A stretch of 64,000 nt of DNA from Camelus ferus (GCF_009834535.1 NC_045697.1:101558001-101622000), one strand, 5' to 3'; shown: positions 1-14,300, numbered from the stretch's first letter. The notes: generated by a model not told the origin, from the letters alone. Translations and numbers: made by a program.

Positions 1-132
1 CTTTATTTTATCATCAGCTTTTAACACAATTGATCACTCCCCATTTTCCTCATAAGGCTTCCAGGATGCTACTTCCTCTTGGTTCTCCTACTTCACTGAT
101 GGTCTCTTTTTCCTTTTCATCCATCCTAGCCT
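1..132 (+). mobile_element. L2 LINE fragment (continues at ~3640)
   Basis: Pyrimidine-rich 'tgatcactcc...ggcttccaggatgctacttcctcttggttctcctacttcactg' resembles L2 ORF2; collinear with the L2 pieces after the L1. Confidence 0.55.
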
Positions 133-134
133 GT

Positions 135-354
135 TATTTTCATATAACCTATACACATCTTCCCATATACTTTAAATCATCTCTGGATCATTTATAATAC
201 CTAATGCAATATAAATGCTATGTAAATAGTTGCTGGCACACAGCAAGTTCAAGTTTTGCTGTTTGGAATTTTTTGGAATTTTTAAAAATACTTTTGATCT
301 ATAGTTGGTTGAATCCATGAATGTAGAACCTGCAGATCCAAAGGGCTGACTGTA
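135..354 (+). mobile_element. MER2/MER2B-like TcMar-Tigger DNA transposon, 3' part
   Basis: 'catataacctatacacatcttcccatatactttaaatcatctct...gttggttgaatccatgaatgtagaacc...gggctgactgta' matches the MER2-family terminus ending in TA. Confidence 0.8.
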
Positions 355-356
355 TC

Positions 357-3300
357 TTAAGACAAACAAAAATGGAAATAAAACATACCAAAATTTATGA
401 GATGCAGCAAAAATGCTTCTAAGAGGGAAATTTATAGTGATTTATGCCTACATTAACAGAAAAGAAAAATCTTAAATAAACAACCGAACTTTTCACCTTA
501 AGGAACTAAAAACAGATGAACAAGCTAAGCTCAAAGTTAGCAGAAGAAAGGGAATAATAAATATTACAGCAGAAATAAATGAAATACAGATGAGAAAGAC
601 AACAGGAAAAATGAAACAAAGAGTTGAGTTTTTAAAAAGATAAAGTTGACAAACTTTTAGCTAGACTAACCAAGAAAAAAAAAGAGAGAGGACTCAAATA
701 AAACTATAAAGAAAGAGGAGTCATTATAATGGATATCACACAAATACAAATGATCATAGAAGCTACTATGAACAATTATGTGCCAAAAAAATTGTAAACC
801 TAGAAGAAATAAATAAATTCGTAGAAACATAAAATTTATCAGACTGAATCATAAATAAGTTTAAATTTGAACAGCCCTATAACTAGTAAGGAGATTGAAT
901 CAGTAATCAAAAACCTCCCAACAAAGAAAAGCCCAGAACTAATGGTTTCACTGGTGAATTCTACCTAACATTTAAATAAGAATTAATGCCAATTCTTATC
1001 AAACTCTTCCAAAAAATTGAAGAGGAAGGAACACTCTCAAATTCATTTTACCAGGCCAGAATTACCCTGTTACACCAATTAAGAACACTACAAGAAAAGA
1101 AAACTATAGACTGAATTCAACAGCACATTTAAAGGATCATAAACCATGATCAAGCAGGATTTATCCCTAGAATGCAAGGATGATTCAATATTCTTTCATG
1201 ATAAAAACTCTCAATAAATTGGGTATAGAAAGAATTTATGCCAACATAATAAAGGCCATGTAGGACAACCCCACAGCTAACATCACATGCAACAGTGAAA
1301 GGTTCAAAGCCTTACCTCTAAGATGAGGAGCAAGATGAGGTTGCTGCCTCTCACCACTCTTATCCAACATAGTACTGGAAGTCCTAGCCAGAGCAATCAG
1401 GCGAGATAAAGAAATAAAAGGCATCCAACTGGAAAGAAAGAAGTGAAATCATCTTTGTTTGCAGATAATATGATTTTACATACAGAAAATCCTAAAGACC
1501 CCAGCAAAAAAAAATTTAGAACTAATAAATTCAGTAAAGTTGCAGGATACAAAGTCAACATAGAGAAATCAGTTGTACTTCTATACACTAACAACAAAAT
1601 ATATGAAAAAAGAAAAAAAATAAATTCATTCACAGTAGCATCAAACAATAAAGTACCTAGGAATAAATTTAATCAAGAATGTGAAAGATCTGCATAATGA
1701 AAGCTATTGATGAAAGCAATCAAAGAAGACATAAATAAATGTAAAGATATTCCCTGTTCATAGAAAGGATTAATTTTGTTAAAATGTCCACACTATCCAA
1801 AGTCATCTATACTTACAATTCAATCCTTATCAAAATTTGAGTAGCATTTTCACAGAAATGGCAAAAACTACCCTAAAATTTGTATAGAACCACAAAAAAA
1901 CTCAAATAGCCAAAGAAATCCTCAGAAAGAAAACGAAACTGCAGGCTTCACATGTTCTGATTTCAAACTATATCGCAAAGCTATAGGAAATAAATCAGTA
2001 TGGCACTGGCATAAAAACAGAGACATAGATCAATGGAATAGAGTAGAGATCTCAGAATAAACCCATGCATACTTGGTCAACTAATATTTAACAAGGGAGC
2101 CAATAATGCTTAGTGGGGAAGGAACAGTCTTTTCAATAAATGGCAATGGGAAAATTAGATACTCACATGAAAAAGAATGAAATGGGGCCCCTATCTTACA
2201 CCACTCACAAAATTTAACTTGAAATAGATAAAAGACTTAAATGTAAGACCTGAAATCATAGAACTCCTAGAATAAGACATAACAAAAAAGCTCCTTAATA
2301 TTTGTCTTGGCAATAATTTTTGGATATGACATCAAAAACATAAGCATCAAAAGCAAAAACCACAAATGGGACTACATCAAACTAAAAAGTTTCTGCACAG
2401 CAGAAGAAACAATAAACAAAATGAAGAGGCAATTTATGGAATAAGAGAAAATATTTGCAAACCATATAGTAGATAAGGAGTTAATATCCAAAATATATAA
2501 GAAATTTCTACAACTCAGTAGCCAAAAAAAACAAAAACAAAAACAAAAAACAAAACCCTAGTAATCCAATTTGAAATGAACAAAGGATATTAATAGACAT
2601 TTTTCCAAAGAAGACATGCAAATAACCAACAGGTACCTGAAAAGATACCCAGCATCACTAGTGATGAGGGAAATGCAAATCAAAACCACAATGAGACATC
2701 ACTCCACATCTGTTAGAATAGCTGTTATCAAAAAAAAAACAAGTGATAACAAACGCTGGTGAGGATGCAGGAAAAAAGGAACCCTTGTGCTTTGTTAGTG
2801 GGAATTTAAATTCATGCAACCACTATCGAAAACATTATGGAGGTTCTTCAAAAACTTAAAAATAGAATCACAGTATGATCCAGCAATCCACTTCTGAGTA
2901 CATATCCAAAGGAAAAGATATCATTATCTTGAAGAGATGTCTGCACTCCCATATTTACTGCAACATTATTTACAATAGTCAAGATACGAGAACACCTTAA
3001 GGGTCTATCAACAAATGAATGGATAAAGAAGATGTGGTGTATATACACACACAATGGAATATTACTTAGCCATAAAAAAGAGAGATTTTGACATTTGCAA
3101 CAGCATGGATAGATCTAGAGGGTATTATTCTAAGGGAAATAAGTCAGGCAGAGAAAAGCAAACACCATATGCTCTCACATATATAGGAAATCTAAAAAAT
3201 TTTAAAAAGGAACTCATAGAAACAAAGAGGAAAATGGGAACTCATAGAAATAGAGAGTAGAATGGTGGTTGCCAAGGACTAGGGGTTGGTCAAAATGGGA

Positions 3301-3630
3301 GATGATGTCAAAGTGAACTTCTAGCTAGAAGATGAGTAAGTTCTGGGGATAAATCTGGGGGTAATATACAATATGGTGACTCTAGTTAACAATACTGTAT
3401 TATATACTTGACCAATGAAAGTTGCTCTGAGTGTAGATCTTAAGTGTTCTCACCAAATTAAATAATTATAGTCACACGAGTTGATGGATGTTAAGTACCC
3501 TTATTGTGGTAATCATTTCACAATATTAGGTATATTAAATCATCATATTTATACTTTAAACTTATATAATGCTTTATGTCAATTATATCTCAATAAAGCC
3601 AGGGGTAACAAAAAAGTTTAAAATAAAATA
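357..3630 (+). mobile_element. L1 (L1MA9-like), 5'-truncated, decayed ORF2 plus 3' UTR
   Basis: ORF 1443-1697 gives 'SLFADNMILHTENPKD...NKFSKVAGYKVNIEKSV' (L1 RT FADD motif). The zinc-knuckle region, a 3' UTR ending 'tgtcaattatatctcaataaagc' and an A-rich tail follow. Many stops and frameshifts. Confidence 0.95.
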
Positions 3631-3639
3631 AACTGAATA

Positions 3640-3974
3640 TGACCAAAATACATTTTTTAGTTCTCTTCCACATCTACCCCAAGATTTCTTCAGTTTCCCA
3701 TCCATTCCTCCTATTGCTCTGAGCAAGAATTTTAGAATCATCCTTGGCATTTCCCTTTCTTTCACATGCTTCATCCAATTCATTACTGAATCCTTGTTTA
3801 ACATTCAATATACATCACTACTTCTATCCTCTGGTCCAAGCCACCATTATTTCTCTCCAAGATTATTGCAAGAGCCTACTAACCAGCCTGCCTGCTTCTA
3901 CTGTTGGTCCTCTGCACCTGACTTTCCACACATCAGCCAGAATTGTGCTTTCACATAAGTCAGATCATCTCACA
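3640..3974 (+). mobile_element. L2 fragment
   Basis: 'tagaatcatccttggc...ctggtccaagccaccattat...gattattgcaagagcctactaaccagcctgcctgc...aagtcagatcat' is typical L2a sequence. Confidence 0.8.
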
Positions 3975-4462
3975 GGACAGGAACTATGACAGTTTTGAGA
4001 TTTTACCTACTAGAAAGCTAATAAAGTAGCCTGCTGCAGTTTATAGATGCTGACAGAGACACAAGACTACTGGATCAGAGACAAAAGACAATGCATTACC
4101 CACAGTACTAGAAGGAGTTAATGCAACATTGTTGCATAAGTTCCTAAGCCCCAGTTCTCCAAGGATATTATGAGGACACAGGTATTACTGCCAGTATATG
4201 CAGTGGGTTGTGTTATAGGAGTCAGGAAGCCTCAATATTATATACCTGGCTCCTGTAAACCTGCCTATCCTCCTTTCCAGAGGGAGCTATGTTTGCCTTT
4301 ATTATTCTGCAATATAAACAAACCTGCTACAGGAAAGGAAACAGCTCTACCTTCCAAGGCTGCTTGCTAGGCAAACATCCTTAAAAAGACAATTCAGAGC
4401 AAATTATCTGTTAATGCCTTTGAAGATGTGCAGGAATGTGAGGGACCCATGGAGACAATCAT
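3975..4462 (-). mobile_element. ERVL solo LTR, LTR40-like, inserted in L2
   Basis: The reverse complement of 4421-4460 ('tctccatgggtccctcacattcctgcacatc') resembles the LTR40 start. It interrupts a collinear L2. Confidence 0.65.
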
Positions 4463-4464
4463 TT

Positions 4465-4970
4465 CTGTGCAAAACCTTGAAATAGTTTGCACCTTTTTTA
4501 GAGTAAAAGCCAAATTCCCTGCAATGACCTACGAGGCACTATGTGATATTACCCTCTGATGTCTCTTAGACCATTCCCTACACTCTCCGTCTTACTCACT
4601 CAGCTCCAGCCATGCTAAAATCCTTTCTGTTCTTTAAAGACACTTTAAAGATGCCAAATACTCTCCCACCTAAACTTACACTTGGGATACTCTTCTCCCA
4701 GTTTTACCTACAGTGCTCGCTCTTTAGTTGTATCTCTGGTTTAATGCCACTTTATCCAAGATGTTCTCCCAGATCATCCTATATAGAATGGGTAATTATA
4801 AAATAACACCCCCAGTGTCCCCTATTCCTCTTTACCCTGCTTTATATTCCTTGATTGTTTATCAGCATCCGACACCTTATCTATGCACTTGTTCATTGGT
4901 TTACTGTCACTCACTCCATTAATACAAAAGCTCCTTTGGGCATGTGGAATACTGTCTGGCACACAGTATG
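4465..4970 (+). mobile_element. L2 3' end
   Basis: 'gagtaaaagccaaattccctgcaatgacctacgaggc...cactcagctccagccatgct...ctgtctggcacacagta'. Confidence 0.75.
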
Positions 4971-5090
4971 TGAGAGGAAGAAGGGAAGAAAATAAAGTAG
5001 AAAGGAAGGAAAGAGAGAAGGCAGAGGATAGTCAGGAGGGAAGGAAGAAAGACAAATGGAGAAGCATGGCAGAGGTAGAGGAGGAAAAAC
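4971..5090. repeat. Purine-rich (GA/GGAA) low complexity
   Basis: Visible base composition. Confidence 0.8.
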
Positions 5091-5837
5091 ATGCCAAAAA
5101 TTTTCTAAGGTGGCACATCTGAGGAAGTGAGTAGCACTATGGATGGGGAACTTGGTTCTAACTCATTTTTTATGAAGAAGAATTTTTTTTAATTTTTCTA
5201 TATCAAATACTCTTGTTAGAAGTTTATCCAAACATTCTGTTCATATCAGTATTTCTCAAATGGGAGTCCACAGATCCCAGAGAATAAATGATTACATTTT
5301 GATGAATCTAATGATTTTCTAATAGAAGTTTAAACTTTAAAATTTTCATTTTGATAAAAATAAAATATATATGTGCTCAGCTAAGTGTTATACTATTAAT
5401 AATTAAGCCAACATTAAGAGTCCAAGAGTATTTTTACTTTTAAAAAAAGCCATTATTTCTCAAATATGAGAAATATGGGTATTTCTTATTTATTTTATAT
5501 TCCATTGTCTCCCCCCATTCTTATTCAGTGTTTTTCGTACCTTAATATGTCCACACTTTTTAACCTCTAATTTTTGAAAGCTATAAACATCAAAAGTCCT
5601 ATAATCATTAAACTTTTCAGGATCTGAAGTATTAATTTCACTATCAGAAGAGATATATTCAGAAGAGTTCTATTATCTCATTACTACCTTTTAACAAGCA
5701 ATGGTTATCGACTGTCCACTGAGAAGCCAGTTTAGGCTTCAACCTTAGCAGGGTGAATTATAAATTTGTATCAGGAGATGACTCGGGTCCACTCCAGAGC
5801 AGAACCCAGGAAGTCTGTTTAACTACTAGTCAGCCCT

Positions 5838-6180
5838 TGTATTATCTAGTAAGGTTGACATAACAAAATACCGAAGACTGAGTGGCTTAAATAACAGAAA
5901 ATTATTTTCTCACAGCTCTTCTGACAGTGGGAAGTCTGAGATCAGAGTGCCATCATGGTCGGGTTCTGGTGAGAATGCTCTTCCTGGACTTCAGAGGAGT
6001 CACATGAAAGAGAGAGAGGGCAAGCTCTTTGGTGTCTCTTCTTGCAAGGGCACTAATCCCACCATGAGGGTCTCATCCTCATGATCTCATCTATCCATAA
6101 CTACTTCCCAAATGTTCCATCTCCAAATACCATGACAACAGGGATCAGGGACTCAGCATATAAAGGAAAGAGGGACAGTC
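5838..6180 (-). mobile_element. MaLR solo LTR, MLT1A-like
   Basis: 'cataacaaaatacc...gtggcttaaataacagaaaattattttctcacagctc...gggttctggtgag...gggcactaatcccaccatgaggg'. Confidence 0.85.
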
Positions 6181-6930
6181 TTAATATGAAAGACATAAAG
6201 AAATAAAGGAGACAAGAGCGCTTTCTCAGGTCATGTCCAGGCAGACACATGTGACTTCAGTTACCCATTTCCTACCTTCTAGCCTGGTTCAACTTCTTGT
6301 CCCTAGAGTCCTATACATACACTGGGGTGACCAGGAGTATTTTTGGTTCATCTTTCAGAAACATCTGAAAGTGAAATGGACAGCTTAAAATTTTCACCTA
6401 AAATGAGTAACCCCAAACTCAACAGGGATGTGTTTTCACTCTTAGGATATAAACATCAGGAATTCAACACAACCTGCTTTCTCCCTGAATTCTCTTTCAG
6501 ACTATCATGTAGAACATGAACAAGGGGCTTTCTTTCCATGCTGGAAGGCTATGGAAGTGCCGGCCTGGACCACACTCCACTTGCCAATGATCAGAAGTGC
6601 ATTCCGTCTCTATGAGGTGCGGTTAGGTAGGGGTGGTAAAAATGATTAAAATTTGAAACCCAAGTTGCTTTGTTTTTGTCACCAATGTCCTGGAAATATA
6701 ATTCTCGCTGTAATTTTCTAGAACTACATTCCTTCTTGCTATTCTTATATTTTCCATTCCATTACAATAAATAGGTATTATCCAATGAAGAAAAGCAATA
6801 TGACTAAAAATTATAAGTTAGGACTGGCTTTAAAATACTTACTGATCTGAGAAACAACTCTTAACCACTTAGTGGCCCCAAAACAATTATACTTTTCCCT
6901 CTAACACTTGACTCAAAAACTGTATCCCTC

Positions 6931-7653
6931 AAAGGGAACCCTCCTACACTGCTGGTAGGAATGCAGTTTGGTGCAGCCACTGTGGAAAACAGTATGGAGA
7001 GTCCTCAAAAGACTAGGAATAGACCTACCATATGACCCAGGAATCCTGCTCCTGGGCATATATCCAGAAGGAACCCTACTTCAAAATGACACCTGCACCC
7101 CAGTGTTCATAGCAGCACTATTTACAGTAGCCAAGACATGGAAACAGCCTAAATGTCCATCAACAGATGACTGGATAAAGAAGATGTGGTATATTTATAT
7201 GATGGAATACTATTCAGCTATAAAAACTGAGAACATAACGCCATCTGCAGCAACTTGGATGCTCCTGGAGAATGTCATTCTAAGTGAAGTAAGCCAGAAA
7301 GAGAAAGAAAAATACAATATGGGATCACTCATATGTGGAATCTAAAAAAAAATCAAAATATAAATACAAAACAGAAACAGACTCATAGACACAGAATACA
7401 AACTTGTGGTTGCCAAGGGGGTGAGGGGTGGGAAGGGACAGACTGGGATTTCAAAATGTAGAATAGATAAACAAGATTATATTGTATAGCACAGGGAAAT
7501 ACATACAAGATCTTACGGTAGCTCACAGCAAAAAAAAAAGTGACAATGAATATATATATATGTTCATATATAACTGAAAAATTGTGCTCAGCACTGGAAT
7601 TTGACACAACATTGTGAAATGACTATAACTCAATAAAAAATGTTAAAAAAAAA
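6931..7653 (+). mobile_element. Young lineage-specific (camelid-type) L1 3' end with TSD
   Basis: ORF 6968-7345 is an uninterrupted ORF2 C-terminus ([10 protein letters not shown]...CTPVFIAALFTVAKTWKQPKCPSTDDWIKKMWYIY). 3' UTR, AATAAA and poly(A) follow. TSD aaaaactgt(a/c)tccctcaaa at 6915-6933 and 7649-7667, one mismatch. Confidence 0.97.
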
Positions 7654-7684
7654 CTGTCTCCCTCAAAATATATAAGGCAAAGAT

Positions 7685-8290
7685 ATTTGTGAAAAGATAT
7701 TTAGTCTCACTAGCAACTTGGAAAATTCTAATTACAGTGAGTCATTATTTTGGTACATCAGATTAATACAGATTTTTATAAATGATGATATTAAGTATTG
7801 ATGAGGCCATGGTGAGAGTGTAATCGGAGTAATCTGTCTGCATAAAGAATGAATGAATGGATGGATGAATGAATAAATGAATATCAAAAATCTTTTTTCA
7901 AAAAGGGTACTTGACTCTTCAGTTGCAGTTACTCAATGTAGCCTAACAAAATAAAGATAAACACAAATATTTAGCACCATTGTTTATAATCTTGAACATT
8001 TAGAAACTAACCCAGAATTCCAACAACACGGAATTGGCTAAATAAGTATGGCATATCTCTTCAGTAGAACACCACAAATATTTTAGGTGAACATGCAATG
8101 ACATGACAGATGTCCCTAGCCTATTGTTAATGAAAAAAGGTTGCCAAACAATGTATATAATGTGTAATTTGAGTCAGAGAAAGAAAGAGACACTACATGC
8201 TCAAAGTGGATCTCCGGTGTGCTGTTATGTTTTTCTCTCTCTCTCTCCTTTTTTTTTTTTTTTTTTTTTTTGCTCATCTGTTTAAACTTT
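7685..8290 (+). mobile_element. Very old L1 (L1ME-like) 3' fragments with a (GAAT)n insert
   Basis: Degenerate L1 ORF2-end motifs 'tcactagcaac...aattacagtgagtcatt', 'gcaccattgtttataat...ggaattggctaaataagtatgg'. Confidence 0.5.
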
Positions 8291-9199
8291 CAACAATGAT
8301 AAATGTTTTTGTAAAAGGAGTAATCTTTGCTCTTTAATCTACTTCCCACTTTTAAAAACTCACTGACTTCTACTCATCTATAAATACAATTTGCAGTGCT
8401 TTAGCTGATACATATCCTTGCAAATACATTCTTGGTTTCACACATACATATTTTCTTGACTCATCAATTCTCAAGTAAACTTCTAAGTTCCAGAAGGTCA
8501 AAGACTATTGCATCTAATTCTTTAAACTTCTTGGTGCCTAATAAACTAATGTACATAGAAATTACACATATTATTTATTCAATACATACATCAGAAATAT
8601 GTGATGGAAAGAGACATTAAAAATTTAAAGTAGATAAAAATGTGTTTGAATTGCTGTTGTCCATACTCTAAATATGTTTGCTTAATATTTCCTAAATCAA
8701 ACGTTCATCTATTTTCCCACCAGTAAGTCCCTGTTTCAGGGCTATTACTATTTGAGACTCTGTCTCTGTCTCGGTGAGTATCTGAGTTCAAATCTTTGCT
8801 CAAAAAAACACTGCCACAGCTGTGAGTCCTGCACACTAAGGTGACCTGCCTGCTGACTATGTCATTGCTGGAAATCATGGTTCAATGCACCTTTAAAATG
8901 TTCTTTCTGTCCTATTGACTGTCTCACAAGTTTAAGTTATTCTTTTCAGGTCACAAGAAACAGAGATTCACTCAAGTCATCTCAAGTAGTGGGTGGCTTA
9001 CTATACAGATAATGGCAGAAATATGGGCAGTGGGATGCATAATGCTAGTCTCATAGTCTCTGGGTTGGAAAAGGCTTTCTAAATAGAACATGAAATTTAG
9101 AAGCCATGAAAATATAGACTGATAAATATAATTATCCTGAAAACACAGCTCACTGTGTCCTCCCAAAACAGTTAAAAATTGGAATATTTGTTATTCATA

Positions 9200-10040
9200 T
9201 TACAAACAAAATATTAATTTCTTTATAGTGTGTGTGAGAGAGAGATAACAGAGAGAAAGAGATCCTAAAATCCAACAGCAAAAACACCAAAAATTCAATG
9301 GAAAACCAGGCAAAAACTATGAGTTTACAGAAAAATAAATATGATTTGTAAACATATGGGAAAATGTTCAATTGCACTCTTACTAAGAGAAACACAAATA
9401 AAAACTATAGTTAGATTTCATTTTTCTCCAAAAAGTTAATAAAGATTAAAAAAATCTAGTAACCTACAGGGTCAGGAAAGGTATGTAAAACAGGCCCTCT
9501 CATATACAGTGTGTGGGAGTGTAAATTACTTCAACAACTATGGAGAAGGATTTTGAAATGTGTATCCAAAATTGCAAATTGTAATTACCTACTTACGTTC
9601 TGGCCCAACTATTACACTTCTGGAAGTTGGTCCTATTGATATGCTATACACACGTGTTAAATGATATATATAAAAGACACATCTTCTAGCATTATAATAG
9701 CAAAAGATTGGTAAACCTAAATGTTTATTAATAGATGTATGACTAAATAAATCATACTCTGCATATGACAGAATATATGTCACCTTTAAAAAGAATAAGG
9801 AAATTTCTTTATATATATTGTTATGCAATTGTGATTATAAAATGAACAAAGCATAGAGTTATATGTGTAGGATGGTAGCATGTGTCTATGTATATGTATA
9901 TAGTATCATTATAAAATATACACACCTCTGGAAAAAGGAAGTAAACAATCAGGGAACAGTATGAGACAGAAATTTGTTTTTCAAAATAAACCCTTTTGTA
10001 TCTTTCGATTTTTGAATCTAGTGTGCATATTTCCTTTTTA
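9200..10040 (+). mobile_element. Old L1 (L1ME-like) ORF2 end and 3' UTR
   Basis: 'aaacatatgggaaaatgttcaattgcactct', 'ccctctcatatacagtgtgtgggagtgtaaatt', 'gcattataatagcaaaagattgg'. Confidence 0.7.
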
Positions 10041-10819
10041 ATAATTGCATAAACTAGGAGGATATCTTCTTTAATGAGTGGATTTCCTAGTAACATATAT
10101 GCAAGACAAGTGGGTACCCCAAGCCTTGGGGAATGGGTGCAGCATTATATTTATATAACCAAATGAAAGCCACTCTTACTAATAGCCCTTGGTGTGGAGA
10201 GCTGTTCTCCATAGAGGAAGTATGGGCAAAAATTGCATAGAAGTTAGATTAAAGAGACCCCTGGAAACACAAACATTGAGCTCATGACTGCATCTCTTTT
10301 AATAAAGATTATTGTTATTATTAAAAACTTTATTGATTAATATAGTTGCACTAATGAGAATACTAATGTGACCACAGACAGACTTAACACTATGGGGAGA
10401 GACCTCTAGAACATCCCCCTCCCTATGCTGAAAGTTACTAGTACATCTGCAGTGACAGCACCGCATCAGTGAACTGAATGCAGAGAAAATTGCAAGGCCT
10501 TCCATTTTGAGCAGCAACATGTGGCGGTGACAGAAATAAAGTCAGCAGAAAACAAAGACTTCCTTTCTCCGTGAGAGTTTAGAAGTATGACCAAGGTTAC
10601 GAGTCATTTTCAATACAATGAAAGAGAAGAAAACTTCATGAATAAGATAATGGACTTTCTAATAATTTGGGTACGTGAATACTCAAGCCGGTATTAATTT
10701 GAAAAGTAAAATAAATATGAACTCTTTTGTACACAAAGTGAAAGTGGTGAAGTGGACCATACCAGTAAGATAAGAAAGAAAAAAACTATGTCCACGACTA
10801 GCCTCAGGGGTACCCAGGA

Positions 10820-11300
10820 AAAGCCAAACCATCTAGTTGGGCTTCACGAAGAACAGGACTGGAGTAGAGCTGGCCTCTTGGAGCCTGAAACTGGGAGGTG
10901 GTTCAGAGCAGAAGGCTGCTGGGAAGCTGAGCAGCAGGAACTGGATCTCACCCTAGTGGCCCATCGCTAATGTGACAGCTCTTCTGTGAGTATTTCCTTC
11001 TTTCTTTTCCTGCTACCACCAATCTCTTCACCCTCTGTGTATCTCTGTTGCCTTCTCATAGCTTCTGTTTACCCATGATTTGGCTCCACTGTGGCCATAG
11101 CGGTTTAGCATTGTCTCCCTCTGCTAACTGCCTCTGACCTTCCTAACCGACATCACCCACAGCAAGCACTAATGAGCACAGGTAAACTTTACATGGACCA
11201 AACTCGCCACAAGGATCCGTCTTTTAGTCATCTGCCAGCCTACTGCCCTTGGGTTAGAAGCCCATCAGGCCCAATCATATTGGCGTTAAACCACATGCAG
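10820..11300 (-). mobile_element. Possible old MaLR LTR (MLT1K/L-like)
   Basis: GC-richer block with 'ccttgggttagaagcccatcaggcccaatca', resembling an MLT1K/L motif; weak. Confidence 0.35.
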
Positions 11301-14300
11301 AAAAACCACAGGTGGGAGTAGAGGAGAGAGCAGAGGAGAGCTGGCCGAGAGCTGTCTGCCTAGCACTCTCCATCAGCAGAGTCTGGGCACAGGGCAGTTT
11401 TCTTTAGAAAGGGCCATGGATCTTTGCAGAATCCCCTGCCAAGTCTTCATGCTAGGAAACTCTATGAGGACTTGGAAAGTCTATAAGAACAAGTTGTATA
11501 GGAACTTAGCAGAGATTATTTAAATACTTACTTTAACAGGGGCTGAATATGGGCTAGGAGTGGAATGTTAGACTAAATTCACTATAACTCTCCATTGCCA
11601 AGCAGAGTTCACTTAGAATTTAGGAAACTAACAAATCAAAATTTGCCAGAAGAAAAATGCTTTCTAAATTAATAAAATTAAAGGTTTTGTGCATCTCTTT
11701 TCTTGCTCCTGAAACCTCTTAGCGTGCCCAACTCCTTACTCCATGTATTACAGTATATTATGATTAAACCAGAGTTTAATGTATGCTCCACAAACACCCA
11801 TGTCGTATTCACAGCCCCTAATGAGACTATGAGTTGAATATATTAAATTTAAAACCATTATGTTGAAGACAGAACAAAAAAAATCATCGGTTAGTATGCT
11901 AATGCGATGATCTTTCAGACACGAGCTGGTAGCAAGACCAGCCTCTATTACCAAACAAGGACACCACCTTTATTTAATGGTTTCTTCTCTGCACGTGCCC
12001 AAGGACACAGTAAAAAGAAAAAAAAAAAAATCTATGGGGTTAGTGGGCAAAGACAATGAGAAAGAATCAAGAAACTTCACACAGCAGGAAGAGTTCCAAA
12101 ATATTTTTTTTTTTAATCTTGGATTTAAAATCACAAGGGCTTCCACTGCTTAAGGAAGGTGAAGACTGCAGCCCAAGTGCTTGGTGACGGCTTGGCTCTA
12201 TGTTTAAAGGGGTGGGTTTATTTTGTGATTCATTTGCTCTCCTAGGAGAATACTGAGACTGCAGCACAAATATAGATACCTTAATTCAATTCTGGAACTA
12301 AAAATTGAGTTAATTTTTTTTCAAACAACTTACAAAGAGTAATGCAAATTTTGATCATTTAGGTTTTGTCCAATCGTGCTGTAGGTCAAAAAACATCTTT
12401 AGAATTTTAAGTATATGTATCCTATCTCATTTTACGTTTCTTACTCTTTATTGATTTAGTTTGCTCAGTAAAACATTTTACTGTACATAGAAGCAAGCTT
12501 GGAAGATTTTCTGCAAATCGAGCATAATGTCCCTGCTAGCTGCCCTAGGGGTTTTGAGCTATAATGATTTTTCTTTTGATTACCCTATTAATCAGTGAGG
12601 AAATATATAAGGTTATAGATGTATTTTCCTATGACTATCATACATGCTGACATATAATTTCAAAAGATTAGAAGGTACATCACTTCTCTCTAATAAGTAA
12701 ATATTAGACTCAGCATTCCTATCACTACGGCACGAAGTGAGTACTGTGACTTCATCTCAATAGCCCTCTGCCATGAAAGCCTTTTACCTCCATTAGTTAA
12801 GAACGTCATAGCAATTCAGTTACCACAGGTACTATGAAAACATCATACCCTAAGGTAGATAGCTCTATCCCAAGCAGTAACCCATTCATTTGTATTCAAT
12901 AATCTATATAAAGCACAAGGTGCATCTCTGGCACTACCTTAATAATGAATGACAGTAAGAATGTTAGGAGATCAATGATAGATCAATTAAGATGAAAAAA
13001 TCACAGTAATTGAGAAAATATGGAGTATTGGAAAGTAAAAGGACAAACTAAGCAAAATCAAAATGAAAAACATTTTGCAAAAAAGCTAACTAAACAAACT
13101 AAACTAAAGCAAAAATGATAACTTTATAATGTAAGTAGCTAACAGTTGATCCAACAGAAGGTAGCTAACTTACCAAAATATTTAACATCAAAGGGTTCTA
13201 AACATGAGACCAGGTAGAATAAAATTAGAAGTGTTTAAATATACACAAAGAAAGGAAGATTTTCAATTTTATTTAAAACAAAATACAGCAGAAGAATTAG
13301 AAATTATTCTATAAATATGTTAAGATATATTTAAATTAAAAATCACAGTGATGGTTACCTTTTGTAAAAGACTCATCATTAGCTACCAGTCACTATTTCT
13401 CTTTCCTGAGTTAAGGTTCTCTACTCTGGCTTTTTCCCTTGTATGTTTGTAATAAGTGCTGACCATTCAAGATGAAGGTCACCAATTATTAAATGTCACG
13501 CCCCTGTACCTTCATGACTTGTTTGTTCCCTTGAATATATTATCAACATTCCAAAAAGGAAACATACAAGGACAAGATGACTTCATATATTTTTCATGGG
13601 ACTGAAAATGTTATGAGGATAGGAATTATTACTAACTTACCTAAAAAGAACCCTGTCATTAGTCTCCAGAGACCATCTAAACTGAGAAAACCCCTTCATC
13701 TTAAAAAAGGTGGCAAATAAGTTTGTCAAAGGAAGAATGTAATTTCTTTAATACACCAGTTTCCCAAGAATAAATAGAAAGCCTTCCAATCCTCTTCTTT
13801 CCTATCCCTTCCTCTTCCACCTAATGATACTTTTAATTTGGTAGTTTTATTACCTCTCAGGCAGTAGGGGCTGGGGGTGTAGTATAACAAAGATTATTTA
13901 AGATTCTTAAATAATCCCTAACTTGAAGAAGGAGATGCATAACTATGTGGTCCTGTGTTAGATCCTGAGGCAATCCAAGCAGCAGGAAATGCAGAATCTT
14001 CTATTTCTGCAATATTGATATCTTTAAAATACAGAACTTACAGAATTCAGGGAAGTCACAGAGAGAAGGGCATGATGGAAAAGTACATCTATATTTGTTT
14101 TTTTTTTTTTAATTTAAGGGGTAGTTATTTTTTGGACACAGCTTAGGATGTTCTGTAATATCTATATTTTGTTAAATTGAAGTGTAGTCACATAAACACA
14201 CCTAAACACACATATACATTGCATATGAATTTGCCAGTGGTTCTGATATTCCAAGACTTTCAACAGTTGAAAACTACAGAATTAGAAGTGGAGCCAAATT

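Noticed and set aside
3210..3266. 28-bp tandem duplication (gaactcatagaaa...) resembling a repeat-spacer unit
   Set aside because: Only two copies, inside an L1 3' UTR; a local slippage duplication, not CRISPR.
6968..7345. 125-aa ORF as a host gene
   Set aside because: It is the L1 ORF2 C-terminus inside a 5'-truncated, TSD-flanked insertion.
10299..10520. Cys-containing 73-aa ORF in unique DNA
   Set aside because: No recognisable family, no clear splice sites, and a length expected by chance.
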